Notes: a model not told the origin generated them from the letters alone. DNA of 64,000 nt from an uncultured virus (IMG/VR IMGVR_UViG_2061766007_000494) (IMGVR_UViG_2061766007_000494); one strand, 5' to 3'. Shown: positions 8,750-21,533, numbered from the stretch's first letter. Numbers and translations are program-made.

Positions 8750-9824
8750 CCGGTATGCCGCCCTCGACCACATGGCTAAAGTCATGGGATTGCGGGCGGC
8801 TCCGTATTCATCATCAATCCTCCCCCTCCCTGTGCAGAAGTCACACATCGTTATCACGCTCCTTTTGAGTTACGGAATCCTTTGGCACGAGCAATTCCCA
8901 CTCCTGGATGTCCGTCTCATGCGTTTCTTCGCTCACGCGGACACCTAGGAAACTCAGGCGGTTCTTCGCTATGATAGCGTCGTTCTCCGTCTCCATGTGT
9001 ACCATCATCATCTGCCCCGCAGGAGTGACGCCTACCAGCCCGTCAAGGTCTCTGATGGCGAGCACCGTATCTTTCCACTCTCTGCGATGCCGTACCATGA
9101 AGAATGGCGGCACACGCCCCGTCAGCACCGCGAATGTCCACAGTTTCACGTTACTTCCTTTCTCAGAAAATCCAACCAGCAGTCCAGGCACGAGGATTTG
9201 CCATGATGGAGTCTGCAATCCGCATTCATCATCGTCTCGCAGACCACGCAATCAGCTATCTCGGCAAAGGTTTCAGCCAATTCCTCGTCGCCCATCTTCC
9301 TGACTCGATCTGCCTTTGTCATCGTTTCAAAGCACTCAGGCGTTTCGGAATTCGGGTTAAAGTCCCTCGCGCACCAGTCTGCATTTATGCAGCGGTATAT
9401 CTTGTCGCAAAACATACTGCTCATTAGCCGTTTCCCTCTCGGGGGTCGTATTCTTCGCAAATTCCTTGCCCCGTTTCCTGGTCAATTCCAACGACCCAGA
9501 TCGCTACGCCCTCGTCTGCGAAGGCGGTACAAAGGTAGCCGTCCATTACGGTGTGTAGTACGCAACCTTTTTCGGAATAGTCCCACTTCTCCAGCCGATA
9601 GTTCTTCTTGCAGTTGGCGCAGCACCTCTTCTTGATGATGGTATAGATACTGACGCTTTTCCAGTCATACCCAAGCTCTCTGACCTCACGGTACAGTTTC
9701 TCAAACTCCTCTTCCATCTCGCTGACAGAAACCAACGCATCGTAGTGCAGTTCTGCGTTCATCACCGCCTCGCCTACGGTTTCCAGCCCGCAGGCGTCGG
9801 CCAGCTCACAAACTTCTTTCAGAG

Positions 9825-10268
9825 TCACGTTTGTTTTCTTCTCCTTTCCCGCTCCAATAGATGCTCGATGATGTCTGCCGCCGCAAGGTCAAGTCGATCC
9901 CGGCAGGCGTCCCTTTCAAACTTGATAACGTGCAACGAACATCCCTGGCAGCTTTGTCGGCCTCCACATACCCGCAAGTTCCGGATTATGCTCTCCGGTT
10001 GCAGACCGCCCCGGTGGTCTTCCTTTCGCGGGTCGTAGTCCGGGTTTCCTTCGTAATCATCCCATGCCGTGCGCCGGTTCCACATCGCCAACGCTTCCGC
10101 CGTAGTCTTGGCCGTGGGTCTTGTCATAGCTCCGCAGTCCTCGCACACGACATAGTAGTAGGTGTCCCGGAGGAACGGTGGAGAATAGGCTCTCACGCTT
10201 CCGCTTCCTCCACAGTACGGGCAGCGCTCGATGCTACCGTCATCAAAGTCGGTTGAATCGTAACCCAT
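9825..10268 (-). CDS. Lar (restriction alleviation)-like Zn-finger protein
   Basis: CPYCGG...YYVVCEDCGA...EALAMWNRR. Confidence 0.6.
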   Translation of the reverse strand: MGYDSTDFDDGSIERCPYCGGSGSVRAYSPPFLRDTYYYVVCEDCGAMTRPTAKTTAEALAMWNRRTAWDDYEGNPDYDPRKEDHRGGLQPESIIRNLRVCGGRQSCQGCSLHVIKFERDACRDRLDLAAADIIEHLLERERRRKQT

Positions 10269-10847
10269 TATTCCTCTGCCTCCTGTCTCAGCCATTTGAG
10301 CCAGCACTTGACCATTAAATCGGTTCCTTCGCAGGAATTTAGCGGGAAGCAGAGTTCCTCCAAGTCTTCGCCCGGAGGACAGCACGGCAGCGTTCCAAAG
10401 AACTCGGCAAGTTCTTCGTCGCTCTTAGACCGTATGCGGTCGGCATGGGTCTTCTTGCAGAGCTTTTTGAAAAGTTCTCTTTCGGCCTTGCCAACCCTTC
10501 TCAAGTCTTTGTCGTTCATGTCGTACCCGCTCCTTCTTCCGCCTCCTGTCTGAGCCATTCCCTCGTACACTTCGCACAGTCTTCCATAGTGGAGGCTTCG
10601 CACCCATAGCACGATGCCAACCGATAGGCATAAGCCCATGCCAGTTCCTCGTCCGTAGACGACCGCAGGACATCGCCGTGGGTGCGCTTCGGCTGCGGGC
10701 GTGTGAGAGGGCAGGCGTCAGTCCCTTTGAATTTGGAGTAGGTGACGGGGTACGGCCAGTTCCTCAGGTCATCCGTGAGCCTCGCCCGGAAGCACTCCTC
10801 CGGGCATACGCCTTTCTCATAGTCCCAGCAATGGTCGTAGTCGTGAT

Positions 10848-11156
10848 TCATGTCGTCCCAGCTCCCCCTTCCTCGTACAGCAAGTCGTAGGTGGTAGGGA
10901 CATTTATGTCCTTGGCAGGTGCTTCCTTGCCGGACGGGTCGAAGATCAGTTCAAACCTCGGCTGGCTCTTTCCGTCACGCTCCACGGTCTCCAGCCACAT
11001 AGACGCCGGACGCGCCCATACCGCGCCGCCGCTATCATTCTTGGTGTAAATCACGAGTTCTTCTCCCGTTTCGCTATGCTTCGCCAGATACAGCACACGG
11101 TAGACGCCGCCCTTGAAGTGACGCCATATCTGTCCCGGTCGTATTTCAGGTTTCAT
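10848..11156 (-). CDS. DUF1653-family protein
   Basis: WRHFKGGVYRV..LAKHSETGEELVIY...WARP..MW. Confidence 0.85.
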   Translation of the reverse strand: MKPEIRPGQIWRHFKGGVYRVLYLAKHSETGEELVIYTKNDSGGAVWARPASMWLETVERDGKSQPRFELIFDPSGKEAPAKDINVPTTYDLLYEEGGAGTT

Positions 11157-14100
11157 TCCTCTTCCTCCTTAAAGTCCAGGCACACGCCGCGCATACCCGT
11201 TTCGATGTCCCCCTCCAGGTTGCACACGAATCCATAGGGACCGTTGGTATAGTCGTAGAAGATGTCCGTCAAGTGCTGGCAGAAGAAGCAGCTCTTGGGG
11301 TGCGCTTTCACCGCATAACCGGGGCCGCGAAAGATGCGCGTGTGTTCGTTATTCGGCATCATGTTTCCTCCTGCCGTCGAATCCCAAGGACTTGCGTTCT
11401 CCACTCAGGCCATGCGTCATCCTCTGGAATGATGACCGGGGTTTCGCTCAGTCCCATGTCCACGGCATCCATATCAACGTAATTGCCGCCCTCCTGCTCC
11501 GCGATTTTGTCATAGGCAGCTTCACGCTCTATCAAATCCCCATGCGGCGGGACGGGGACGAGGGTGCAATCACTATGCAGCCTTTTTTCTCTGATAGCAT
11601 TGGTATATTCTGCCCACAACGCAGGTACACTCGGCAAAACTTGACAATGCAAGCTATCACCCAACGGGCAATCCTCACAGCTTGTTGGCATCTCCATGCC
11701 CTTAATCAGTACGGACATTCATACCCCTCCTCTGCTGGGATAATAACAGGCTCGTCCATGAGGTCTCCCGAATATTGGTAAGCGTCCCTGTCGATCAGGT
11801 CTCCGTGCGGCGGGAGTTCTTCAACGACGGTATTGACGCCCAGCATGGCGTTGTTCGCTCCGATCCTCGCCATCGTGACGAGTTCTTCCCAGTCTTCCAT
11901 CTTCCAGCCACGGATTAAGATGCTCATGCTTTATATCTCACTCTCCCTTGTTCGGCAAGTTTCTCATAACTGGCCTTAACATCATCGTGGAGCGTTCCTC
12001 CAGACCGAAAAACTGCCCACCACAATTCTTCAAGGGCAACTTCTACCTTCGGCGGGTCTTCCATCAGGAACCGCATGGCGTTATTTACGAAGACGATGCT
12101 TGGATAATCCCCCATCCTGTCATGTCGTTTATGTTTGAACATCATGCTTCCTCCTTCTGTCAAAGATAGCGACGAGCAATCTCGTCTGCGGTCTCTTTCC
12201 CGTATTTCTTGCAGTCGTTTTTATAATCAATCAACTGCCCCACAGGCACGAGGATGATTGCGACGGCCAATCCAAGAAATTGGAAGCACCACCACGGAAG
12301 ACTGAATAAGAAGTCAATCATTTTCTTCCTCCTCCGGTGACACCATCTGCGGGAATTTCTTGGCATAGCATTGGCGGCAAAGATGAAATCTCATGAGTCC
12401 ATAGAGCGGATCGTCTGCCGTCATCTTGACATACGCACCTTTTTCCTCTCGGCTGTCGGTATACATCAGCTTTCCGCACTCATCGCATTTGACCATGTTG
12501 CTCATACTTTCTCCCTCACATCATCGAACTTATGGTCTCTCGCCCACCGCCTGCACCATCCGTCAAAGACCATCACATAGCTGATGTAGTGACCGTCTAT
12601 CTCACAATGGCACGTCACCTCACCCGGCTTCCCCGTGCGGATGTTCCTCCGGCAGTTGCAGCAGCACCTCTTTCGGTCAGGCATCGTCCTGTCCTCCCCG
12701 CTTTTCCCATATCGTCTCATAGGGCTGAGCGTATCCGGCTGATACCCGCACCTGCTTCGGCTCCACGAGCATGTTTGTTTTGAACGGGAAGTTCAGCGCG
12801 TTGATACGGGCTTCGTTCGCAGCGTCCAAGAGAACCCCGCCAGGTCCATAATCGGAGCAAAGACAAACGGGAGGTTTATACAGGGATTCTTCAATGCCCC
12901 TGATGACGGCAGCTTTGAAGGTTTCGACCTGTTCTTCGCTGGGTGCTTCCTGCCCAATGTCCGCCAGCAGCATTGCCCATGAGCTGGATAAGCTGGAGTC
13001 CCCGTTGTCATGTCTGGTATAGCAGCTGATCTCCTTCGCCCACCATTCGGCGGCGACCACAGCCGCTTCATGTATGTCCTTCATGCGTCATGTCCCCCGT
13101 TCTTCATTCTGAACCCGCATTCCGGGCAGAACTTCGTCCGATCTTTCCGCTTCGTTTTGCAGTGGGTGCAGTTCCACTTGGCGTAGGTCTGGCCTTTGCC
13201 TCCAGGAACGCTCATGGTTTTATACTGCCATTCCGCAACCTTATCCGTCTCGGCCAGCATCTTCGTCGCCGCCCGGATTCCCCGTTCGTTCGCCTCGTAC
13301 AGAGCGTTGTAGTTGTGTTCATAGTCCCGGATGATCTGGATAAGCTCTTCCTTTTTCATGCCGCGCAAGGTGCTGTCGGCGTATTGCTTGCCGTGGTACG
13401 GGGTGTGTACCCATTCTTTAAGTTCCATCGTCCTGCCCTCCTTTCAGCGCGGCTTCGGCTTCTTCGTGGCCTAGAACATCGAATCTTTCCCCGATCTCGA
13501 AGTCGTAGAACGCCGCATAATCGTCGGTTCCTGGATTGCCGCAACGGAAGAGCGTTCCCGCTTTGTGTCCGAGTTCAACCGTCTGTATAGTGAAAATGTG
13601 GTCGGCAATCTTATCCCGAACCTTATCCCCAACCTTGCACGGCAGAATCACCAGCCGTCCCTGTTCCTCCGCGTCCGCGTATGGCTTTAGCTTTTCGTAC
13701 AGATCAAGCACTCTTTCGGATTTTTCTTTGAACTCTTCCGGCGAAAGCTCGATATCTTCATAAGCGGCGAGCTTTTCAAGGACATCTTGATAGGTCATTA
13801 CCGCCCCATTAGGGTAGCGTTTTGTCAGTCTCATTCGTCCTTCCCTCCATTCATCGGTCTGTAGTCTTGGCACGGATAATCTGCACGTTGCCTTTCTTCA
13901 AGGTTTTTATATGGGCATTTCAACACCCTGTCCTCGTGTATGTGGGCCGTACAGTAAACACCTTCGTTATCTTCATCCTGCCAAACGCACCATTTCCAAC
14001 CTTCCATCCGCGCCCCGCAGAACTGGCAATAGTGAGACGGCGTTTGCTGTTCTTTCCCACACTCGGAGCACTGGTAGTACGCAACTCCGCACAGGTCAAA

Positions 14101-16851
14101 ATCAAGCGGCTGTTCAATCCACCGCCCATGCCGCACCGGGGCTACATCGGCGGTGGGAAGTTTCTTCAGCGCATAGTGCAATCTCCATTCAAGGTCATCG
14201 TCAAGGTAGCCATCGAATTTATAGACCTCTTTGATTGCCGCTTCCCGACTGATGTACTCATCCATCGTCCTTCCCTCCGTCCATCTTTGCACCGCAGTTG
14301 GGGCAATATCGGTTGTACCGAATGAATTCTTTTCGCCCAAAACTCTGAGATAAATCAACATTATCAGCAATAGTGACACCACAGGAAGTACACACCGCTT
14401 TCGTACACCACGGCATATCTACATCCTCGGTAAATTCCCAGCTTCCATGCCGCACCTCCACAACATCGGCGGCTGGCATAGCCTTTACTTCAAGAGCTGG
14501 CGCTGTGCTGGTGTAGATTGCTTTGAGTGCCGCCTCCCGGCTGATATAATCACGCATCGTCCCGTCCTCCATCCATTTTCGCGCCACAGTTTGGGCAGTA
14601 GTTTGATAACTGCCATTCGTAATATCGTCTGTCCTTGTCATCGCACAGGCTGCAACCATAAACCTTGTCGTTTGACATAGGCTGTGCATCTCCTTTAACT
14701 ATCCACCGCCCGTGCCTCACCTCCACCACATCGGCGGCGGGTGCGCTCTCATACACGGCAGTTACCGTCTTCTCCAAATCTCCGTTTCTCGCTCTGTCAT
14801 AGCCAAGCCCTTCGAGAATCATCCACGCCGACTTAATGGCTGCTTCCTGCGTCATGTGCTTCTTCATCGTCTCTTACTTTCTCACCGCCATTATCAGATG
14901 TAGCACCCCCAAGGCTATCCAATACCCGCCCAGGCTAACGAATAACCTGAACCATTTTTCTTTCTTTGCGAAGAATGAGGCCAAGAAAGACAGACCACCA
15001 AGAGCGGCGTCAATAATCGCAAAAATCATATCAAGTTCCATTGTTCCCTCGCCCAATCGCAGACAGGATGGCGTCCGTCATCACCTTGTCCATATCCACT
15101 TGCCCCACCACAGGGAAATGCTCCCGGTCGTTCTCCAAGTCGTGCGTGTAGTAGGAGGCTTTTGAAACCTTCCACTTTTCACTGTATGGATAAAGCATCA
15201 GCTTATAGCCATACGACGTTGCTGACCGCATTCCCTTTGCAGGTATCGAGCCTTGGTAGACAAAGTATGTCTCATGCCCCGCCCACAGGTTTCGGAATAT
15301 CGTTCCCTTTTTCATCTTTGTCACCCCTGTACTCGAACTTCTCACAAATTCCCCAGCAGCTTCCAAGCTCCTTGTTCTTGAGCTTGCATCCGCCCTCCGG
15401 CATCTTCATACCGTAGTGCTGCCAGCTCGTCCAGCAAAAGTGAATACACTCGTAGATACGGTATTTGCGTTCCATCACATCACCACCGCCAATATCAGGT
15501 GAAGCACTCCACAGGCGAGCCAAAACCCACCAAGGCTAACAAAGCATTTGAACCAACGCTCGTTTTTCGCACAGGTAGAGGCTAGGAATAACAAACATCC
15601 CAACGCTACCCAAAAGGCCGCAACCTTCGCGTTTGTATTCCGCCCTTGTATCGTGGAAAACAGAATCTCGGTTACCATGTTCGCCTCACAGTAGATTCGC
15701 TATCGCTATCAGGACGCCCAATCCGAGGAACGTTCCACCGACACACACGAGCCTGAACCGGATTTTTTCTTCCTTCTCCATAAACGGCGCTACGACAAAC
15801 GCCATGCAGCCGAACAGTGCCAAAAACATCGCCGTAAGCATATCGTTACCACACGAACTCAGGGTGCGCTTCCATGAACGGCTTCACCACTTCGTCAATC
15901 GCAGCCTCAGCAACGTCTCTGCTATTGAAATACACAACGCCGTTCGTCTTGCCGTCTTCACAATAAGATACTTTGAAGCCACAATCCCGCCACCGGCGAA
16001 TGTGATAATGGATAGATAATCTCTCCCATGAGCCATCCCCTCCGTGCGTCTCGCTGTACCGCCACAGCAAACGGTTCAGCGTCTCGTGAAGCGCCCGCTG
16101 CTCCATCATTCCCTTGTCGCGGCAGTAGTTGGCGACGTTGTACTTGTCATCGTCACTTTGGAGTTTGTCATCGGTGTCGTAGTTGACGGTGCCGAAGGTG
16201 GTAATGAAGAAGAACGTGTCGAAGTCCTCCCGCTCAAACGGGCTTTTCAAGTCCTTCTGTGCTTTCTGCTCGGTGACTTCCGCCATCAGCTTCTCCGCCA
16301 GTTCTGTGCTCAGGGTGTATTCCACACCGTTCAAAATAATCTTGTTTTCCATTTTTGCCTCCTCAACCAGTTCCAGTCCCCGAACATCCCAGTTGTAAAT
16401 ATTTCCTTCCAGCAGAACCCCACGCGGGCCATCGAACCCCTTGACGATATAGGTATCGCCGACATACTTGGACATATTCGCAGCCCACCCACAGCAATAG
16501 TTTACAAGATTACTGCCGTCCAGAATTCGCACCTTGTCTCCTACCTTGAGTGTTGTCACCATTCTGCACCTCCCGGATTTTCCGCCACGTCGAAGCTACG
16601 CCACACTTCCACTTGCTCCAATTGGGCGCGAACCGCATCTGCCTTGCTGTCATCGAAATCGTCCCAGTAGCGGTGAAGAATCAAGGTGTCCAGCTTAGCA
16701 TGAAGCTTCTCACGTTCCACATAGCACTCTCGGCACAAATCACCGGTGAAGTGAACCCATTGTGTAGGAGAGGAAGCATCGAACCATTCGGTATCCAGCT
16801 CCTTTGACTTGAAGGAGTTAATTTCCTTCTGGCACATATCACAATATGTTT

Positions 16852-17874
16852 TTACCATCTTTCGTCCTCTACTTTGTACTCCTCGAAGAAATCGTCCCCG
16901 GTGAAAAGCTTCAGCTTGGTAAGAATCTCAACCAGGCTCTTCTTGCCCAGGTTGCGGTAGGTAGTCAGCTTGTGCTCCTTCGCCGCTTTGCAGGCATCGT
17001 TCACAGTCCTTATCCCCGCCCGCCGAAGGCAGTTCCAGCTCCTTACCGAAAGGTCAAGTTCATCAATGGGTACGTCGTAATAGCTCCTCGGAACCTGAAC
17101 CTTAATGGTCTCTGCTTCTTTGGGCATCAGAGCCGTCAGAGTGCCTATCTGAGCCATCTTAGCCCTAAGCTCGGATTCCATGTCGCTCACATACTTGAGC
17201 TTCATACGCAGCTCCTCAGCCGTCTTGGTGAGTTCCCGTTCCTGTTCCATCCCACTCAAGCCCAGCTCAATCAGCTTGCGCTTGACCGGGTGCCGAAGCC
17301 GCCGAACCCCCCTCGCAACAATCTGCCTTACCCTTTCTCTGGTAACGCCGTCAGCGGAGGCAACTTCATCCAGCGTCATGCCATCCTCGTAGTACAGCCT
17401 CAGAAGCCTCTCGTCCCGAGCACCCAGGGAGCTTATCGCCTCCGCAAGCCCCGCTTCCTGGTCGCTGTTCAGTGCGAAGTCCCAAGGCTCTGTACCTTTG
17501 ACATCATCCAGAAGGTTGTAGGGCCAGGGCGCTTCCACGTTGCAGGAAGTAATCCGAAGCTCCTTCCTCCCGCCGTTGAGGTATGCCTCGTACGGCGCTC
17601 TGCGGAGCATCATGAAGTACTCCGCGTAGTCCTGCTCAATCGCGTCATCGTCTATCCTGCCAATCAGGTAGTCCACCGGAACCGCAAAGAAGTCCGCAAT
17701 CCGAACCAGAGGCTCCATGCTCGGGCTGCTCTTCCGCTGCAGATAGGAAACCAAGGTGGATGGGCTTATCCCGGTCGCCTTGGACAGCCTGCTTATCGAC
17801 ATGTTCGCCTGCTCCATCAGTCTGCGGAGCCGGTCTTCCCGCCATGTATAATTAACGTTTTCCATTTTCGACAC
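16852..17874 (-). CDS. Fusion of XRE-HTH, sigma70 region 4 and RNA polymerase alpha-CTD
   Basis: N-terminal HTH; MTLDEVA...VTRERVRQI; PIDELDLSVRSWNCLRRAGIRTV...NLGKKSLVEI. Confidence 0.85.
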   Translation of the reverse strand: MSKMENVNYTWREDRLRRLMEQANMSISRLSKATGISPSTLVSYLQRKSSPSMEPLVRIADFFAVPVDYLIGRIDDDAIEQDYAEYFMMLRRAPYEAYLNGGRKELRITSCNVEAPWPYNLLDDVKGTEPWDFALNSDQEAGLAEAISSLGARDERLLRLYYEDGMTLDEVASADGVTRERVRQIVARGVRRLRHPVKRKLIELGLSGMEQERELTKTAEELRMKLKYVSDMESELRAKMAQIGTLTALMPKEAETIKVQVPRSYYDVPIDELDLSVRSWNCLRRAGIRTVNDACKAAKEHKLTTYRNLGKKSLVEILTKLKLFTGDDFFEEYKVEDERW

Positions 17875-17916
17875 CTCTCCACGCCTTCCTTTGCTTGCCC
17901 CTGAAAATTTCGAACA

Positions 17917-18510
17917 TCAGGCCACCTCGAAATCAATCGTGACGGTGTATTCCTTGTTGACCCCGAGCCAGCTCACCAGCTCGGAGCAAATGTCCGCCAT
18001 GTTCCCAGTGAAGGTCAGGGAACCCTTCGTTGCCACAGCCTTCATGCGAGCCGCAGGAGCCACGGGAGCTTCGTGAACCACAGGAACCGAAGGAACCACA
18101 GCCATCTCCGTGCCGTACACGAACTTTTCCCACGCACTCTGCGCTTCTTCCTTGCTCAGTTCACATCTTTCGGCACCCCATTTGATTCCATTTTGCTTGA
18201 AGTAGTGACACATAGAGGTCGCACGAACGCCGAACATATCGGCAAGTATAACCTGCTTCACGCCGAACCGCCGCTGAACGCCGTCAATGTACTCTTGCTG
18301 GATGTCCAGAGGCATCCCTTTGAAATCGCGCCAAGTCATCGGCACGCTGAGATTATAGGTTGTCACGTTACCGTTAAGCTCCTTTCTCTGTTTGGCAGTA
18401 AGGAAATCGGAGGGGAGCGTACATTTCTTGCTCTTGCTCCCCCTTTTTATGTGCTTTGCCCCACTTGCAATCCGCTTCTTTTGCAGGACATCGTAATCAA
18501 AATCATTCAT
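17917..18510 (-). CDS. Phage hypothetical protein
   Basis: ORF in operon context. Confidence 0.6.
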   Translation of the reverse strand: MNDFDYDVLQKKRIASGAKHIKRGSKSKKCTLPSDFLTAKQRKELNGNVTTYNLSVPMTWRDFKGMPLDIQQEYIDGVQRRFGVKQVILADMFGVRATSMCHYFKQNGIKWGAERCELSKEEAQSAWEKFVYGTEMAVVPSVPVVHEAPVAPAARMKAVATKGSLTFTGNMADICSELVSWLGVNKEYTVTIDFEVA

Positions 18511-18889
18511 GCCACATCACTGCCTCACGCAATGCTCCATTTGAGCCATCCGCTGTCGGTGTTGTCCACGTATTCCCGCCCCAGTTCAAGGCTCATCCCC
18601 CGCTCATTCAGGGTCATCATCAGTTCGGACACCGCCGCGTACTTCCGAAGCCACTCAGCCGCCTTTTCGCTGTCCACCCGCAGGCAAGCAACGTCGCTCA
18701 GGTCGGTGAAGCAATCCTCAACGTCCAGTACCTCTGCGTGACAGCTCCAAAAGTTGAGGTTCCTGACCTCTTCGCCCAGCTCTTCCATCGCACCGGGAAC
18801 GTTCTTGAACATCTTACCCATTGTCAGCGTCCTCCTTGACTTTTGGTAATATCAATCTTGAAGAAATGGCCTCCCCGGCCTTGCAAGAC

Positions 18890-18919
18890 AATATTATCAC
18901 ATCGGTAACGGAATGTCAA
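18890..18919 (-). promoter_or_regulatory. Sigma70-type promoter with an embedded TTACCG operator half-site
   Basis: Minus strand TTGACATTCCGTTACCGATGTGATAATAT, nearly identical to the promoter at 48634 on the + strand. Confidence 0.7.
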
Positions 18920-18936
18920 GTGTTTATTTTATATTT

Positions 18937-19863
18937 TCAAAAATTGTTTTGCAATTCGCTGAACACCTTGTCCTCAAAGTCGCCAATCACCGCCTTGAGG
19001 AGCTTGCGGTTGTGCAATTCTTTTTCCCACATTTTCGGGATTCCCCTGTTTCCGTGGGAACCGTAAATAATGCCTGCAAGCCCACCGGCGACAGCACCAA
19101 CAGTGTCGGTATCAAGTCCCAACCCGGCAGCGGTCATAATGCACTCGCGGTAACTTGTAGTTTTCAGGAGGCACCACAGGGCAGCGGTCAGGGTGTGCAG
19201 GACAAACCCGGAGCCGGAAATCTCGCTTCGCTTATAAGTCGCAACGTTCAGCAGGTGCTTGTATTCCTCGAAGTTGCAGTAAGGCTCTGAGGTCATGACG
19301 TTCTTCAGTGCCTCGGCAATCCCCTCACCGTTCAGCAGCCGCTTGGCAATCGCAACCTGAATCTGGCAGGCATGAATGGAATACTCGTGTCCGTGCGTCA
19401 GGGCGCTCACAGCGGCAATTTCGTCCAGGGTACAAGGGACAAAGGCCAGAGGCAAAATGCGCATCAGAGAGCCGTTCCCGTTGTTGTTGAAGTCCGTAAG
19501 ACCGCACTCAGTCACATCCATGCCGCTGAGGAATCTGGAAATCCCTTTGGCAGTCCCGCCGCCAACATCGAAGGAATATCCGAAGGGAGTGTAGTCCCCG
19601 CCCCGGAACCACATGGCGAAACACAACATCATGTCATCCAGGTCAATACCACCACAGGCGGTGATAGAGTCCATCGTTGCGAGCGTCATTGAGGTGTCAT
19701 CGCTCCAAGAACCGGCAGGCATACCGTTTCCCGCGACCATCTTGTTCTTCACCTTGAATGTCCCCCGCTCATGGAACTGGTACGGAAAACCAAAAGCGTC
19801 GCCGACAGCAACGCCCATGAAACAGTCGTAAACTTTGCTCTTATTGCTCATCTGCATCCTCAC
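18937..19863 (-). CDS. ADP-ribosylglycohydrolase (DraG/ARH family)
   Basis: GVAVGDAFG, WSDDTSM, GNGSLMRILP, LTH and DTDTVGAVAG motifs. Confidence 0.92.
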   Translation of the reverse strand: MRMQMSNKSKVYDCFMGVAVGDAFGFPYQFHERGTFKVKNKMVAGNGMPAGSWSDDTSMTLATMDSITACGGIDLDDMMLCFAMWFRGGDYTPFGYSFDVGGGTAKGISRFLSGMDVTECGLTDFNNNGNGSLMRILPLAFVPCTLDEIAAVSALTHGHEYSIHACQIQVAIAKRLLNGEGIAEALKNVMTSEPYCNFEEYKHLLNVATYKRSEISGSGFVLHTLTAALWCLLKTTSYRECIMTAAGLGLDTDTVGAVAGGLAGIIYGSHGNRGIPKMWEKELHNRKLLKAVIGDFEDKVFSELQNNF

Positions 19864-21533
19864 TTCCTTCGACCTCAGCCGCCACCTGCGGCTCGAAAAT
19901 CGTAATCCCCCGAATCTTCTTCCTTCCGCACCACTTCTTCAGGTACTTCTTCGCCAGCTCCACAATTTCCTGAGTGTCGGCCTTACCGGCATCCGCATAA
20001 GGCTCGTCCATATACCTGACGAAAAGCGTATCGCCAACCAGCTTGAATCGGAATACGTGGTCGTACCGCTGTACCCCGGTCACAGCCGCGCATACATAAT
20101 CGTTCATGCTGCCTTCACCCTCCCCAGGAAGTTCCCGCTCGCATTGAGGAACACATACCACTCGTTCCCGTCCACGTGCTCAACGCCCCATTTGTACCCG
20201 CCAATCTTCTCCCACAGCTCATTCGTGTCGGAGGGGTTGAGGCGCTGGGTGCAGTCGCCATACGTCCCGTCCTCAACCTCGGCCTTCATGTCGCGGAGGA
20301 GCATCCGAGTCTCCGGCATCATGAATTCTTTGGTGAACTCTTCAACGGCGCTCACAGCAGAGTGGGCATACACCGTCATATCCATCGACATCCGCCAGCC
20401 ATCGTCAAGCAGGACAGCCTCCCCATCCTGCTTGTCCTCCCATGCATCGTACTCTTTGAAGCTCTTGAACTTAACCATTGTCTGTCCTCCTTAATACCAC
20501 CGGTGCTCGTCCGGGCCATTGAACTCGTCATCAAACAGGTCTGCCGCCAGTTCATGAGAGCCAAGTTCTTCCCACTCGGTCAGTGTTCCATCTTTGTACA
20601 CAAGGGAAACCTCAGGAACGGCAATCACCTGGCAGGTCGCCCGTTCTCTTTTCGAGCGGGAAATACCGCGCCACAGGTACTCGGCAACGCATTCAGCTTC
20701 GTCTTCAGTGACGAACGACATTGCCACATCTCCATCGTTGCAGAAGAATACAACGTATTTGGTGTTTTCCATTTCCTTACGCTCCCTTCTTATGACGCGT
20801 TCTCTGGAACTCTTCCTCATGCTTCTGAAGAATCACCGCATCCCACCAGTTCTTCGAGGACTCGAACGCTTTGTGGAGGTCATCAGCGGTCATCGGGTAA
20901 AGCCGTCCCAACACATCGTCGAAAATCACATACCGGCCAGCGTTCCAGTTCTCAGCCGCTTCATCGGGGTCGTAAGCGAAATTGCCCTCCATCCCACAGA
21001 CGTTGCACTTGCAGCGGAACCGCCCGTTCCTCTCATTGTGCTCCATCAGCACTTCGTCCTCGTCGCCGCAGCCAGGGCAGTGAGCGTACTCGGCTTCATA
21101 CTGGTACTCCTCGTAATCATCGTGTTCTTCCTGAGCATCCTCGTATTCGTATTCGGCATCCAGGTCGTATCCGAAATCAGGGTCACGCTCAATAAAGTTC
21201 ATCATTTTTCTGCCCTCCATTTGAATTTGTCCCTCAATCAACTTACACCCCTAATATACAGCATTTCTTTTACTTTGTCAAGTGTTTATTTGAAAAAATT
21301 CAAAAAATTTTTGAGGGCAGGAAATCCCACCCTCAATATATTAGATTTTAAGTCCTTGAAGACCGTTATCAAATTCGGTAAGACCATCCTCGCGCAGCTT
21401 CGCAATTCTTTTTTCGTGGACATTGGCGTTAAAGCCACACTTTGCGCACCTGGGGCCAAGCCGAAGCTTATCCTTCATAACGCAGTTGGAGTTGTTCCCA
21501 AGCTGACATTTTACGGTGTCTACAAAATAAAGT

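Larger units (their letters stand above)
7242..8806 (-). mobile_element. Non-autonomous IS200/IS605-family element (left end, RHH gene, tnpB, right end; no tnpA)
   Basis: Left-end hairpin CCATGACTTTAGCCATG; right-end hairpin ending GGGGAGTGTCAA; removing it restores an ORF. Confidence 0.85.
7026..8848 (-). pseudogene. Small Zn-ribbon phage gene split by the TnpB element
   Basis: 5' part 8848-8807 (MCDFCTGRGRIDDE) rejoins in frame with 7241-7026 (YGEWELDCVKITP...RFCPVCG). Confidence 0.8.
8841..16858 (-). other. Array of about 25 small, tightly coupled phage accessory ORFs, many Cys-rich, including paralog groups
   Basis: Overlapping start/stop codons with GGAGG RBSs; paralogs at 13831-14867 (ADV.EVRHG.W...CPNCGAKM) and 11359-11927 (PPHGDLI). 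Confidence 0.75.

Noticed and set aside
7242..8806. IStron (group I intron plus TnpB) that would splice out of the host gene
   Set aside because: There is no room or motif for an intron core between the left end and tnpB; that space holds the RHH gene.
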